A DNA stretch of 63,365 nt, filler included, from Octopus bimaculoides (GCF_001194135.2; 4 parts of 4 records of this genome joined end to end with filler, not necessarily neighbours in it); one strand, 5' to 3'; counted from the first letter of the whole stretch, positions 25,612 through 37,869 are shown. The notes: generated by a model not told the origin, from the letters alone. Numbers and translations are program-made.

Positions 25612-25732
25612 GTGAGAAATATCGAAAGAATATAATTGGTCATATCGATCCCTATTATGTTGGCGAGGAATGCATTCTTATCCTACTGGATATGACGGTA
25701 GTCTACAATAGATAGACTTTGCCTGATAATTA

Positions 25733-27188
25733 TTAGGTTGTCAAGAAGTTCTTGGGGAATTTTTAATTTTGGTTTTAAAGGATGTATTTTCAAATTAATT
25801 TACGTTAAATTACTTTGACTTTATATATCATTTTAAAACCCGTTTTTCGCTCTATCTAATCGTGTTACTCTTTTTCTTTTTGAATAATTAGGCCATTTTT
25901 TCCGGGACATTGAATACAACATGGACAAAAAGCAAATTCGCACAATTTTCTTATTCCAGTTCAAGCTAGACCGAAAAGCTGCTGAAACAGCTTGCAATAT
26001 CAACAATGTGTTTGGCCCAGGAACCANNNNNNNNNNNNNNNNNNNNNNNNNNNNNNNNNNNNNNNNNNNNNNNNNNNNNNNNNNNNNNNNNNNNNNNNNN
26101 NNNNNNNNNNNNNNNNNNNNNNNNNNNNNNNNNNNNNNNNNNNNNNNNNNNNNNNNNNNNNNNNNNNNNNNNNNNNNNNNNNNNNNNNNNNNNNNNNNNN
26201 NNNNNNNNNNNNNNNNNNNNNNNNNNNNNNNNNNNNNNNNNNNNNNNNNNNNNNNNNNNNNNNNNNNNNNNNNNNNNNNNNNNNNNNNNNNNNNNNNNNN
26301 NNNNNNNNNNNNNNNNNNNNNNNNNNNNNNNNNNNNNNNNNNNNNNNNNNNNNNNNNNNNNNNNNNNNNNNNNNNNNNNNNNNNNNNNNNNNNNNNNNNN
26401 NNNNNNNNNNNNNNNNNNNNNNNNNNNNNNNNNNNNNNNNNNNNNNNNNNNNNNNNNNNNNNNNNNNNNNNNNNNNNNNNNNNNNNNNNNNNNNNNNNNN
26501 NNNNNNNNNNNNNNNNNNNNNNNNNNNNNNNNNNNNNNNNNNNNNNNNNNNNNNNNNNNNNNNNNNNNNNNNNNNNNNNNNNNNNNNNNNNNNNNNNNNN
26601 NNNNNNNNNNNNNNNNNNNNNNNNNNNNNNNNNNNNNNNNNNNNNNNNNNNNNNNNNNNNNNNNNNNNCTGCGACTGGTCTTACCCATTGCAGCTTTTTG
26701 GATCCAGGCGAAACCATTTTGGCGGAGAAGTACTGTCAGCAAATGGATGAAATGCATAAGAAACTCCGACAACAACAGCCAGCATTGGTCAATAGAAAAG
26801 GACCAATTCTTCTCCACGACAAAGCTCGGCCGCACGTCGCACAACTGACCCTGCAGAAGTTGAACGAATTGGGCTACGAAACTCTGCCTCATCTGCCATA
26901 CTCACCAGACCTCTCGCCTACCGACTACCACTTTTTCAAGCATCTCGACAACTTCCTGTGTGAGAAATGCTTCAAAAACCAAGGCGATGCCAAACACGCC
27001 TTCAACGACTTCATCACTACCAGAACGCAGGATTTTTACGCTACTAGCATAAATGAACTTGTTTCGCGTTGGCAAAAGTGTGTTGATTCTGATGGTGTTT
27101 ATTTCGATTAATAAAGTTCTGTTTGAACCGAGATATGTGCATCTGAATTTAAAGGTTAAAAACCGTAAGAACTTTCTTGACAACCTAA
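25733..27188 (+). mobile_element. Mariner DNA transposon, Hsmar1-like (cecropia subfamily), both TIRs and TA TSD
   Basis: TA|TTAGGTTGTCAAGAAGTTCTT ... AAGAACTTTCTTGACAACCTAA|TA; transposase ORF inside; 643-N gap in the middle. Confidence 0.95.
25921..27111 (+). CDS. Mariner DD34D transposase (middle part unsequenced)
   Basis: MDKKQIRTIFLFQFKL.RKAAET..NIN..FGPGT start; HDKARPH...YSPDLSPTDY with exactly 34 residues between the two visible catalytic Asp; no stop in the sequenced parts. Confidence 0.85.
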   Translation: MDKKQIRTIFLFQFKLDRKAAETACNINNVFGPGTXXXXXXXXXXXXXXXXXXXXXXXXXXXXXXXXXXXXXXXXXXXXXXXXXXXXXXXXXXXXXXXXXXXXXXXXXXXXXXXXXXXXXXXXXXXXXXXXXXXXXXXXXXXXXXXXXXXXXXXXXXXXXXXXXXXXXXXXXXXXXXXXXXXXXXXXXXXXXXXXXXXXXXXXXXXXXXXXXXXXXXXXXXXXXXXXXXXXXXXXXXXXXXXXXXXXXXXATGLTHCSFLDPGETILAEKYCQQMDEMHKKLRQQQPALVNRKGPILLHDKARPHVAQLTLQKLNELGYETLPHLPYSPDLSPTDYHFFKHLDNFLCEKCFKNQGDAKHAFNDFITTRTQDFYATSINELVSRWQKCVDSDGVYFD

Positions 27189-27951
27189 TACTTTAAATCG
27201 ATGCTACAAGCCAGCAACCCACACGTTAATTCCAGCGTTGCTAAGGGCAGTGAACAATACTGCATGTAATACTTCGTTTATTTTGTCGTTCCTGGGGGAA
27301 ATTAAAGGTAGAATCGAAGACTGCTAGATTTGAATTTAGGACGTCGTAACTAAATACACAAGACGTTTTGCCAGATGCTTTAACGATTCTGTGAAACCAA
27401 GTTTCTTTTTTTCCAGGTACGATGGCTGTGCTGCTTTTGGTCCACAGCTTATTTTCACGAAAGTTAAATATGATAAAGGAAGGCATTAAATTAAATAACC
27501 GATACGAAGTGTTCTGTCAAAGTCTTGAATGAACTATCTGATATTTAGAGAATAGAATGAATATTGAATCAACTTACTCTGAATTCATTTCCACATTGTC
27601 ATTATTTATCAACAACCCTCTTTGTTTTGATAAATATAAATAATCACCGAACTGAAAACAAATAGAAAACAGAAAATGTTATTGTAATGAAACTGAAAAT
27701 AATTAGTCATTATGTTTGCAAGTCATTCAACCGTCGTTTATTACATATTGTGACGATTATACGTAATGTCGATAATGATGGCGACAACGACGACACTAAT
27801 GTGTCTTACATGTATTACAAACACGACTAAGTACTTCAACTGACCACACACACACAAAGAAGCAATCAATACAAATGAGTGTAAATTAAAAGTACGGTTA
27901 TCGCTCGTATAATTTGGTAGGGTGTACCATATTTTCGTCAATTGTATTTAG

Positions 27952-28102
27952 GAGTTCACGTAATCGTGAGTAGACATAGAAACGCTCCTGGCTATTCCAC
28001 CTTTGACGAAGCAGAACATCCAGAGCAGGAGAGTTACAGAGAGAAAGTATTGTATCAGTACAAGTACAGCATTTTAAAAATCAACTTCGGAAAAGATGAC
28101 GG
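27952..28102 (+). CDS. Candidate coding exon, phase-compatible with 25494-25611
   Basis: Acceptor TTTTCGTCAATTGTATTTAG; frame (G)VHVIVSRHRNAPGYSTFDEAEHPEQESYREKVLYQYKYSILKINFGKDD; weak donor GTGAAG. Confidence 0.25.
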
Positions 28103-28241
28103 GTGAAGGTGACATCGGTGGGATTTCAAATCAGAGTGCAGAGAGCCGGAAGAAATATCGCAGTATATTAAATCCGTCACTCTAACAACTCTGCCGAAGT
28201 ACAGTCTTACAAATGGATTGTACATAATTACAAATATTCGA

Positions 28242-28455
28242 GGCAGCGAGCTGGCAGAATCGTTAGCGTACCGGACAAAATGCTTCACAGCATTTCTTCC
28301 GACTTTACCCTCTAAGTTCAAATTCCACCAAGGACGACTTTGCCTTTTATCCTATCGGGGGTCTACAAAATAAGTACTTATTGAGCACTGGGGTCGATGT
28401 AATCGACAAGTCCCCACATCCCCCAAAATTTCCGGCTTTGTGTCTGAAGTAGAAA
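28242..28455 (+). mobile_element. SINE family B
   Basis: GGCAGCGAGCTGGCAGAATCGTTAGC head, AAGTTCAAATTCC B box, CCCCAAAATTTCCGGCTTTGTGTCTGAAGTAGAAAG end. Confidence 0.85.
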
Positions 28456-29287
28456 GAAAGAATTATTACGAACACATGTAAGCAAGTTGCCCTTAATATC
28501 ACTATGAGTGAGGCAGAAACTGTTACAACGCTATGAAGAATTTCATTTCGTCGTTTTACATTCTTAGCCTAAATTCTATGAGGGTCAAATTTGTCATTCA
28601 TACATACATACACATATAAAAACATGTATGTATATATAAAACATGTATGTATATATATNNNNNNNNNNNNNNNNNNNNGTGTGTGTGTATGTGTGTGTAC
28701 ACACACGCCACACACACAAATAAACACACACACATACACTTACACACACATGCACGCACACACCCACACCCACCCACCCACGCACCCACACAGAGTCGCA
28801 TACCTATGTATGTATTTAGGAATGTATGTATCCATACGTGTCTACGTGCATAAGTACACACGCAAACGTGGGTCTATTCATATGAAAAAGAAAGTGAACA
28901 AAATAATATGACCACATGATTATCGGGAAAGTTGTAAGTTCAATTAAAAGACCCTGCTTTCGCTTAAGAGCGCAGGGTAAAGATCACCATTGCAAGCAAT
29001 AGTTGAGTTAGTGGTAAAATATATAATAGAGAGCAAGCGTGAGATAGCTGCCTAGAAATAATTACGTAATGAAGGGAAATAATCAAAACATATACGATAT
29101 TTGAATATATTATTAAAATATTCTTTTTATCCTTTCAGCAAGTAAGGGAGACAACTTCGGAAATGGTTCGGCCTTATCCAAATAAGTAGAGACATTGTCG
29201 TGGTTCCTAAAATACAGAGGGGAATCTCATTGAGCAAATGCACAATATTGCAAACAAATTGACAGACCGAACCTGATGAAACAGACT

Positions 29288-29440
29288 TATGATCAAATTA
29301 TTACGGCCTTTTTATGATCAAATTATTAGGTCCTTTTTATGATCAAATTATTAGGTCCTTTTTATGATCAAATTATTAGGTCCTTTTTATGATCAAATTA
29401 TTAGGTCCTTTTTATGATCAAATTATTAGGTCCTTTTTAT
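29288..29440. repeat. 25-bp minisatellite, 6 copies
   Basis: TATGATCAAATTATTAGGTCCTTTT; GATCAAATTA at 29291, 29316, 29341, 29366, 29391, 29416. Confidence 0.97.
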
Positions 29441-29493
29441 TTCAGGCATAGTGTCTTCAGAGCTGTAATATAAAATGTGTTCTCATTTTTAAG

Positions 29494-29617
29494 ACAAGAT
29501 AATTATCCAACGAACAATTTATTTTCGTTTATCTCTGATATATTATGGAAAGTAATGTATGTCACAACATCCCATTCCTTGTTGAAAATGCAGGAATATG
29601 TTGAAAAAAAAAGCAAG
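29494..29617 (+). CDS. Candidate coding exon (alternative acceptor at 29594)
   Basis: Perfect donor AAG|GTGAGT at 29617/29618; acceptors TCTCATTTTTAAG (29493) or AAATGCAG (29593), each open in a phase-2 start. Confidence 0.22.
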
Positions 29618-30000
29618 GTGAGTTTCTCACGAGTGATCTTGTTTCTGTTCTTAGTTGATAGCAGTTCTCCACGTATACGAATGATACAAATTCCTTTTCA
29701 TTCTTCCTCTCTGTAATAAATTGCCTTGTCAAAGGAAAAAGAATAAAGAAATAAAGGAAAAACTTTAAAAAAATCAGTACGGCAAAAATACTGATTACAT
29801 AAGAGCACTATTAACAAATTAGTTTGTCGTGGAGTGATTCAAACTCACATATACATACATATACACATACGTACATATATGAACCTACACATATATGAAC
29901 CTACATATACACATGCATGTATGTATGTATGTATGTATGTATGTATGTATGTATGCGTTCGTGTATTTGTGAATATAGTGTATACGAGTGCGTACGTACG

Positions 30001-30032
<32 letters not shown>

Positions 30033-30299
30033 TGTATATTCCCATTTGTATAGTCAGAGATGAGTGAAGGAAGGACAGATGTAGAACAGTGTAAAGATGT
30101 TGTAAAGAGTAGACATTTGATTGCAATAATATCACAGAACTGTCGGTCGCTATTGCAATTAAAAATCTTTATTAGAGTTCAGCCAATATGTCAGCTGCTG
30201 TGAGTTGTGAGTGATCAGCAATTTGTACAGCCGAATGACGGCGCCCGAAGAAGTCAAAGTAGTTATTAATGTCGCAGAAGCGAATCAATTTCGACGGCG

Positions 30300-30445
30300 T
30301 AAGGCATGGCTGTGTGTTTGAGAAGCCTACTTGGCAACTACGTGTTTCGAGTTCAATTTCACTTTTGGCAAGTTTTTCTACCATAATCTTAAGAAACCCA
30401 AAGCCTTGTGACAGTAATCTGGTAGATGTGTGACAGCCTGCCGAA
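30300..30445 (+). mobile_element. SINE family A-like head, diverged
   Basis: GGCATGGCTGTGTG..GAGAAGCC...CCAAAGCCTTGTGA..ATCTGGTAGATG. Confidence 0.65.
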
Positions 30446-30719
30446 GAGATTATCTCTGTTTTAGGTTGGTAAACTTAACACTACTACCTGGTCCCTGGAA
30501 GTCCATTCTGTCGAAAGGATTAAGTCTCTTGGTATGAGTATAACTACCTCCCTTCTCCCATCAATCTCGGGGTCCCAGTAAAACAGGGTTACTTTTTATT
30601 TGTTTTAGCCATCGATCCCAGTACTTATGTGTCTGGTGCTTATTCTATCGGTCCATTTTCCCAAACCGCTAGTTTATGGGAACATGCACAAACACAAAGA
30701 GACCCCCCTCACACGTAAT

Positions 30720-30753
<34 letters not shown>

Positions 30754-31084
30754 GTAAGAAACAAGTTAAAAATAATGGTCATTGCATATTTTTCCTTTAT
30801 TGGAGCAAATTTGATTTCACCAGTTTCCAATAGTCATTAAAGGCATATTACTGATAGGTTTACTCAATTGGTCTATTGATCTAACAGAGAGCTTATGGAG
30901 TATTTTACCCGGATTGATAAACTCTCACTATTTGTTTTGTTTATACATATATGTACATATATATATATANNNNNNNNNNNNNNNNNNNNNNNNNNNNNNN
31001 NNNNNNNNNNNNNNNNNNNNNNNNNNNNNNNNNNNNNNNNNNNNNNNNNNNNNNNNNNNNNNNNNNNNNNNNNNNNNNNNNNNN

Positions 31085-31227
31085 TCCGTCTACCAAATTT
31101 CTTCATAAGGCAAAGGTCGACCCAAATGTGTAGTAGAAGATATTTGCCATTGGTACCGTGCAGTTGGACTGAGCTCCAAACCACGTACTTGTAAAGCGAG
31201 CTGCTAAGCCAGACGGCCATGCCTGCA
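31085..31227 (-). mobile_element. SINE family A-like head
   Basis: TCCGTCTACCAAATT...GCCATGCCTGC; reverse complement of family A 5' half. Confidence 0.7.
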
Positions 31228-31399
31228 GTCTTCCTCTGTCTTAAAAATAACTACTGAGTTGGATATTGTAGAATTAGAATATTTTTGCGGACGAACAGAG
31301 TCAGCAACTTGGTTTCGGTTTTCAGTTGGGCATCATTCAGTGTCCCACTTATCGATGCTTCCTTTGGGAAAGCATGACAGTCATTCAGTCATACAATAC

Positions 31400-31722
31400 T
31401 GACACTCCGTCAGTTACGACGACAAGAGTTCCAGTTGATTCGATCAACGGAACAGCCTGCTCGTGAAATTAACGTGCAAGTGGATGAGCACTCCACAGAC
31501 ACAAGTACCCTTAACGTAGCTCTCAGGGAGATTCAGCGTGATACCGAATGTGATAAGGCTGGCCCTTTGAAGCACAGGTACTACTAATTTTCGTCAGTTG
31601 AGTGGACTGGAGCAACATGAAATAAAGTATCTTGCTCAAGGGCACAACGAGTCGCCGGGAATTGAACTCACGACCTTACAATCTTGAGCTGAATTCCCTA
31701 ATCACTAAACCACGCGCCTTCT
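31400..31722 (-). mobile_element. SINE family C variant with 13-bp TSD
   Basis: AGTCATACAATAC at 31387-31399 and 31723-31735; colinear with 8690-9016. Confidence 0.92.
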
Positions 31723-32457
31723 AGTCATACAATACATCAACGTTATAATAACCAACAAAATGACCTCTAAATGGTAGCTCAAGGAGAAGACTTGGGTGAA
31801 ACCATAAGACCAATAAATCGAAGGATCATTGTCTATTTAAGAAGTCCATATGTGTAACTATTGTAGCAGATAACTTAAAAGTAATAAGAAATTGTTCTTA
31901 AACTGATTTCGTGACAGTTTCGGTTTTGAACGGTTATTCTGTTTACGTCATTAAATTATATTTTAAATTTATTCTATATTTTTTCATTGGTTTAGACGGA
32001 GGGGGAAAGGCAGCTACAACAAAGCGCGTTGCCTTTAAACGACGAACGTAAAGAGTTCGAGGAAATATCACAGGGAATTTTCTTTCGATGATGATGATGA
32101 TGATGGTAGAGAAAAATTCCTTTTATATCTAAAATTAAATTTGTACTTTAAACCAGACAGCTATACACTTATGTGTATTTACGGAGTTGGAAAAATATCA
32201 ATATATGGATGCACATTAATATATTAGATGATACTACAATCACAGAATCTTTCCCTTTCCTATAAATAGCAAAAAATAAAATAAAAGATTAATGAGAAAG
32301 AAGTATAATGTGTTAGGGAAAGGCTAAGAAATATAGACATTAATAAACAGAAAAGTAGAGGGGCAATTAGAAAGACATTTTAATAGCACTAGGCGTATAC
32401 ATATATATATCTGTTACACACACACATACACACACACGTGTAGGCATATACGATATA

Positions 32458-33030
32458 TGAGGTCGTATCAAACGATTTCAGGTCTAATTGTGTTTAATAA
32501 AAAATAACTTATTTACCTAAATTTTAGCATCATCTCCTTCGAAATAGTCACCTTGCGCAGCAATACACCGGTTCCAGCGTTCCCACCACTTTTGGAATCC
32601 GGCCTGGAAGTCTCGTTTTCCGCAAGCGAGCCGAGAACTTTCTGCGATTTGCTCTGGATCTCGACAACGGTATAAAACGGCGACCTTTGAGCTGCCTTTT
32701 AATCTTGGGGAAGTCCGCAGGTGTGGAATCTGGCGAATAGGGTAGGTGTGGAAGCGACACCATGGTACTTTTGGCGAGAAACTCATGAGTGAGGAAAGCT
32801 CTGTGAAGAATCCGATTCTTCGTGCTCCACACGTCCGGTCGCTTTCGCCAAATGTCCTCCCTCAAACACTTCAAAACGTCGCACCAGAACTCTCGATTGA
32901 CGGTCTGGCCCCAGGAAAGGAATCCTTGATGCACAATACCACATTTCCGAGGGTGACGCTCGTGACAGGTCTTCCAGATCGCCTATCGTCTTCCAGGGAC
33001 GTTTTTCCACTTTTGAAGTGCATATTTATA
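32458..33030 (-). mobile_element. Internally deleted mariner relic
   Basis: FKSGKTSLEDDRRSGRPVTS joined directly to GIVHQGF..GQTVNREF...LPHLPYSPD...FQKWWERWNRCIAAQGDYFEGD*; probable TIR after TA at 32456. Confidence 0.85.
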
Positions 33031-33504
33031 TTTCCATATAAATTCTAGACTGGTCTGTATTGTGCAGGAACTTAAAAATTCCGGGTTAATGTCCAGCAAG
33101 TTGAAACATTGCCGGGAATGAAGCACCCCCTTAGCTTTTGTAAAAGTATGTGTTAAGGAGAAGGCTTTAATGTGCCCACAGCTACACCTGTAGTATAATT
33201 GGTTGGAGCTCCTCAGCTTTGAAAGGCATCCAAAATAAGAGAACAACATCGCGCACAAACCCTCGCTGCTTGTGAGCGTTTGATCAAGAGGCAAGAGCCA
33301 AAGGAGTCAACCCTGAGAATTAAGTGATTCGGGAGAGAACTCAAGGCATACCCTCCCTTATTCACCCCGAAAACAGCATGAGATGCAACGAATGGCTTGC
33401 ATCTGAGGCCCTCTATACACGTCTTTCAGGATGAGAATATTCATTCATTCATTCATTCATTTATTCAACTCACAATATAAGGGATGGTGTGCACTCTACA
33501 CTGG

Positions 33505-33715
33505 CGAATTCAATTGGTTTCAAATTTCGGCCCAAGGTCTGCAATTTCGGGGGAGGAGTAAGTCTATTACATAAACCCCAATGCTTAACTGGTACTTATT
33601 TTATCAACCCTGAAAGGATGACCTCAACGGAATTTAAACTCAGAACATAAAGACGGACGAAGATGTCGCTAAGCATTTTGCCTGGTGTAATAACGATTCT
33701 GCTAGCTCACCGCCT
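33505..33715 (-). mobile_element. SINE family B
   Basis: TTTCAAATTTCGGCCCAAGG...AACTCAGAAC...TGCTAGCTCACCGCC. Confidence 0.85.
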
Positions 33716-34446
33716 TGTCATTCCATGTAATATTAGAACTGGTCAGAACAAAATATTCACAAAGCTCATTCAAATTATTATGGCTCTGTAGCGCATGGTG
33801 AAAAGCACAACGGAGGAGAATCGGACGCAAAACGAAATCGTGGGCAAGACAAACGAGAAAGTAGTCTAAAGTAGAGCGCGATCGAAAATACTGTCGGAGT
33901 ACAAGAAGTCCTACGTAGACCATATTTGTCTGACAGCAATCTAAAGACTGTACTTTATTGACGGCATATATTAAATTTAATAAATCATACACATTTCTTA
34001 CTGAATTGCTCACATTCAATTTTTTATAATTTTTTTTTCAATTAAAATTTCAGGGTTGTTTCTTCTCAATTTCTTTGTCAGAATTGATAATTAAACTTTT
34101 TATACTCTTCATCAAAGGTTTAATTTAATACTTCTTGGTTCAATATATCCCGCATGGAACATATCATTTGATTTTCAAAGCAGAGCGCGTGTCTGGGAAT
34201 ATTTCCTACTTCTCCTCCATTGTAGTCACTGTTTTCATCCAACCGAATATAAATGGCATATTGTTTGATGAAACAAGACTTCCGTATGCGAGAGAGCGTA
34301 TTAATGTTTAAAACATGTATAACTACAATGTTTTTGCTAATGGAATACGAAAAAGATACCTTAAATATATAATTACGCTTCAAATATGAAAAATGCATTT
34401 TCATAAGAGGAATTTTTGTTTTTAAAACGTTGGCAATCTAAAAAAT

Positions 34447-34555
<109 letters not shown>

Positions 34556-34952
34556 NNNNNNNNNNNNNNNNNNNNNNNNNNNNNNNNNNNNNNNNNNNNN
34601 NNNNNNNNNNNNNNNNNNNNNNNNNNNNNNNNNNNNNNNNNNNNNNNNNNNNNNNNNNNNNNNNNNNNNNNNNNNNNNNNNNNNNNNNNNNNNNNNNNNN
34701 NNNNNNNNNNNNNNNNNNNNNNNNNNNNNNNNNNNNNNNNNNNNNNNNNNNNNNNNNNNNNNNNNNNNNNNNNNNNNNNNNNNNNNNNNNNNNNNNNNNN
34801 NNNNNNNNNNNNNNNNNNNNNNNNNNNNNNNNNNNNNNNNNNNNNNNNNNNNNNNNNNNNNNNNNNNNNNNNNNNNNNNNNNNNNNNNNNNNNNNNNNNN
34901 NNNNNNNNNNNNNNNNNNNNNNNNNNNNNNNNNNNNNNNNNNNNNNNNNNNN

Positions 34953-34990
34953 CATCTTTGTTGAGCCCTGTGTGGCTAATAAAATAAATG
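34953..34990 (+). mobile_element. 3' terminus of Tx1-like LINE emerging from gap
   Basis: AGCCCTGTGTGGCTAATAAA matches 55231-55250 at 19/20. Confidence 0.7.
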
Positions 34991-35044
<54 letters not shown>

Positions 35045-35067
35045 CCTACCTATCTACCTATCTACCC

Positions 35068-35101
<34 letters not shown>

Positions 35102-36184
35102 GTCTGTCTGTATATGTAAGTATATTTAAGCATGTACTGTATATATCTGTATATCTCTCTCCATCTATCTCGGTGGCTGTGTGTGTGTATATATACATAC
35201 ATACATACATACATACACATAAACACACATACACACATGCACGCACACGCATGCACTTATAATGCACACACGAATAGCTTAAATGTGAATATTTTTTTTT
35301 ACTTTCCGCTATGAATATATTTTATTTGAGACAAAAGCTGTAACATTATAGCATATGTTGCCATTATCATGCAATGAATATCAGAAAAGTGATTGTTTCA
35401 TTACTTTCTTCCATTCTTCCTTCTATTCCTCGTCCATTCTTTTAGTCATTCCTTTTTTTCTTTCTTCTATCCATCCATCCATCCATCCATCCATCCACCT
35501 ACCCATAAATCCATCCGTCATCCGCATTTATCAATATAAATAAGAGATATGAAAAAAAAAAAAAATCCCTTTAGAATATGAAACATAAAAATGTAAAAAA
35601 TATAAATAATATATAAAGATGTAAAAGAAAAAGGAAAATATAAAAATAAAAAAAATTTATAAAATAAAAGCATAAGAAATAAAAAGATAAAAACACTATA
35701 AGTAGAAATATAAAAAATATAAAACAAGAATACAAAGCGTAAAAATAAAAAAGTAAATACAAAATAATTATATAAAAAGCAAAACTAAAAATATAGAAAC
35801 TAAAATGTAACGAATAAAACTAAAAAAAATATCTTGGTTTTCGCATCTGTGATTTACAATATTAACAAGTATGCATCTTTAAACCCCTGCTGTATTTAGA
35901 TAACCACATAACTCCCAAATATTGACTAAGGGCAAACAAACACTTCCTAATCTATCCATTCACTAGTCAACTGATCCAATATATTCAAAGGGATATTTCC
36001 GACACGTTACCAATGGTTTTTCGCTTTTCTTTCTAATATATTTTATTTTTTCTTTTAAGTAATTTTCTCTCTCTCTCTCTCTCTCTCTCTGTTTTCCTGT
36101 TAGAAATTGTTCTGCTGTTTATGTTGTATTTTTCAAATATTTTCGTAGAAACGACAAAGAATGGACTGTAGCCCACGTGCATTT

Positions 36185-36189
36185 TACTG

Positions 36190-36235
<46 letters not shown>

Positions 36236-36318
36236 CCATTATTATCATCATTATCATCATCACCATTATTATCATCATCATCATTCTTCTTCTTCTTCTT
36301 CTTCTTCTTCTTCTTCTT

Positions 36319-36381
<63 letters not shown>
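36185..36381. repeat. Compound (CAT)n-(TTC)n-(TTA)n microsatellite
   Basis: Direct sequence. Confidence 0.95.
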
Positions 36382-36382
<1 letters not shown>

Positions 36383-36949
36383 GTAATGGCTGGACGCGTG
36401 TCGTTACCGTCCGTAAGTTTGTCTGTTTATTTGTGTCTCTAAAAGTTGATTGTTTAATTAGTTGCAAAACTTTTGTCGAAGCCATCAGCATCGCATAGGT
36501 GTGGTTTGTTTGTTTGTTTGTTCGTGCCCTTTTGGGGACTCAAATTTGAGAAGGAAATTTACATTTTGTTTTGGGAAAAATAATTTTAAACAAAAACACG
36601 ACAACAATACTGCTAAGAAGAATAACAATAACAACAGCAACAACAACAACAACAACACTTTTGTAGAAACCGCTGCTAAAGGTACTGAACTGTATAATAT
36701 GGGTATCCTACAAAAAGACATATGTTTGGCTCAAGCAACTAACCCGTCAAGCCCGAAATGTCACGGGCTGACATAGCCATACTCATTGAAGTATTAGTGG
36801 AAACATACAGACACATACACGCACACACGCACACACTCGCGCAATCACAGATACACGAAAGGGATATATAAATGTATTTCTATAAACACAAAATGACCGT
36901 AGGCCAACTAGTCAGACAGACGTAGAAGGAGTGCAGAAAGAAATGATCC

Positions 36950-37145
36950 TTTCTACTATAGGCACAACGCCTGAAATTTTTGGGAGGAGGATAGTCGATT
37001 ACATCAATCCTTGTACTCAACTGGTACTTATTTTATTCACTCCAAAAGAAGGAAAGGAAAAGGTGACCTTGGCGGCATTTGAACTTAGAACGTGAAGTCG
37101 GACGAAATAGCGCTAAGCACTTCGCCTGGCCTGCTTGCTCGCCGC
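36950..37145 (-). mobile_element. SINE family B
   Basis: CTTTCTACTATAGGCACAACGCCTGAAATTTTTGGG...GCTCGCCGCC. Confidence 0.88.
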
Positions 37146-37354
37146 CCAACGCTGAAAGAAATAATGCCCGGCATTTAGTATATCCCGAGTCTCAAGTAAT
37201 GTCTGGGCATTTCAGTGCTCTTCAAGAGTGAAGTTTTAGCCGTCAAACACTTCGTAGTTCCCTGTCGGAACGAAAAATATGTTCTCTATCCATCATATTT
37301 AGGAAGGAGAATAGTGAGAGTTAAGATCTCAGGAATTCCACCTGAGGTAAATAT

Positions 37355-37590
37355 ATACTCTTTTACTCTTTTACTTGTTTCAGTCATTTGACTGTGGCCA
37401 TGCTGGAGCACCACCTTTTGTCGAGCAAATCGACCACAGGACTTATTCTTTGTAAGCCTAGTACTTATTCTATCGGTCTCTTTTTGCCGAACCGCTAATT
37501 TACGGGGACGTAAACACACTAGCATCGGTTGTCAAGTGAAGTTGGGGGAACAAACACAGACACACAAACACATACACACACATACATACA

Positions 37591-37658
<68 letters not shown>

Positions 37659-37845
37659 NNNNNNNNNNTATATACATATATACGACGTGCTTCTTTCAAT
37701 TTCCGTCTACCAAATCCACTCACAAGGCTTTGGTCGGCCCGAGGCTTTAGTAGAAGACACTTACCCAAGGTGCCACGCAGTGGGACTGAACCCAGAACTA
37801 TGTGGTTGGTAGGCAAGCTACTTACCATACAGCCACTCCTGCGCC
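37355..37845 (-). mobile_element. SINE family A, full-length
   Basis: Tail TACTCTTTTACTC through head CAGCCACTCCTGCGCC. Confidence 0.92.
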
Positions 37846-37869
37846 TATATGGTGAACTTTAGCATGTAT

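Noticed and set aside
28104-28112. Selenoprotein UxU motif as a firm call
   Set aside because: No SECIS identified and no homology; CpG decay or intronic position is simpler.
29288-29440. Possible CRISPR array
   Set aside because: Repeats are contiguous with no spacers; eukaryotic context; no cas genes.
30231-30298. Candidate exon RMTAPEEVKVVINVAEANQFRR
   Set aside because: Its GTAAGG donor coincides with the start of a SINE head; support too weak.
33702-34019. Minus ORF with GPCR TM1-TM2-like GLLVLRQYF..STLDYFLVCLAHD
   Set aside because: Lacks the GN motif, no further TM helices or clear splice chain; probably chance resemblance.
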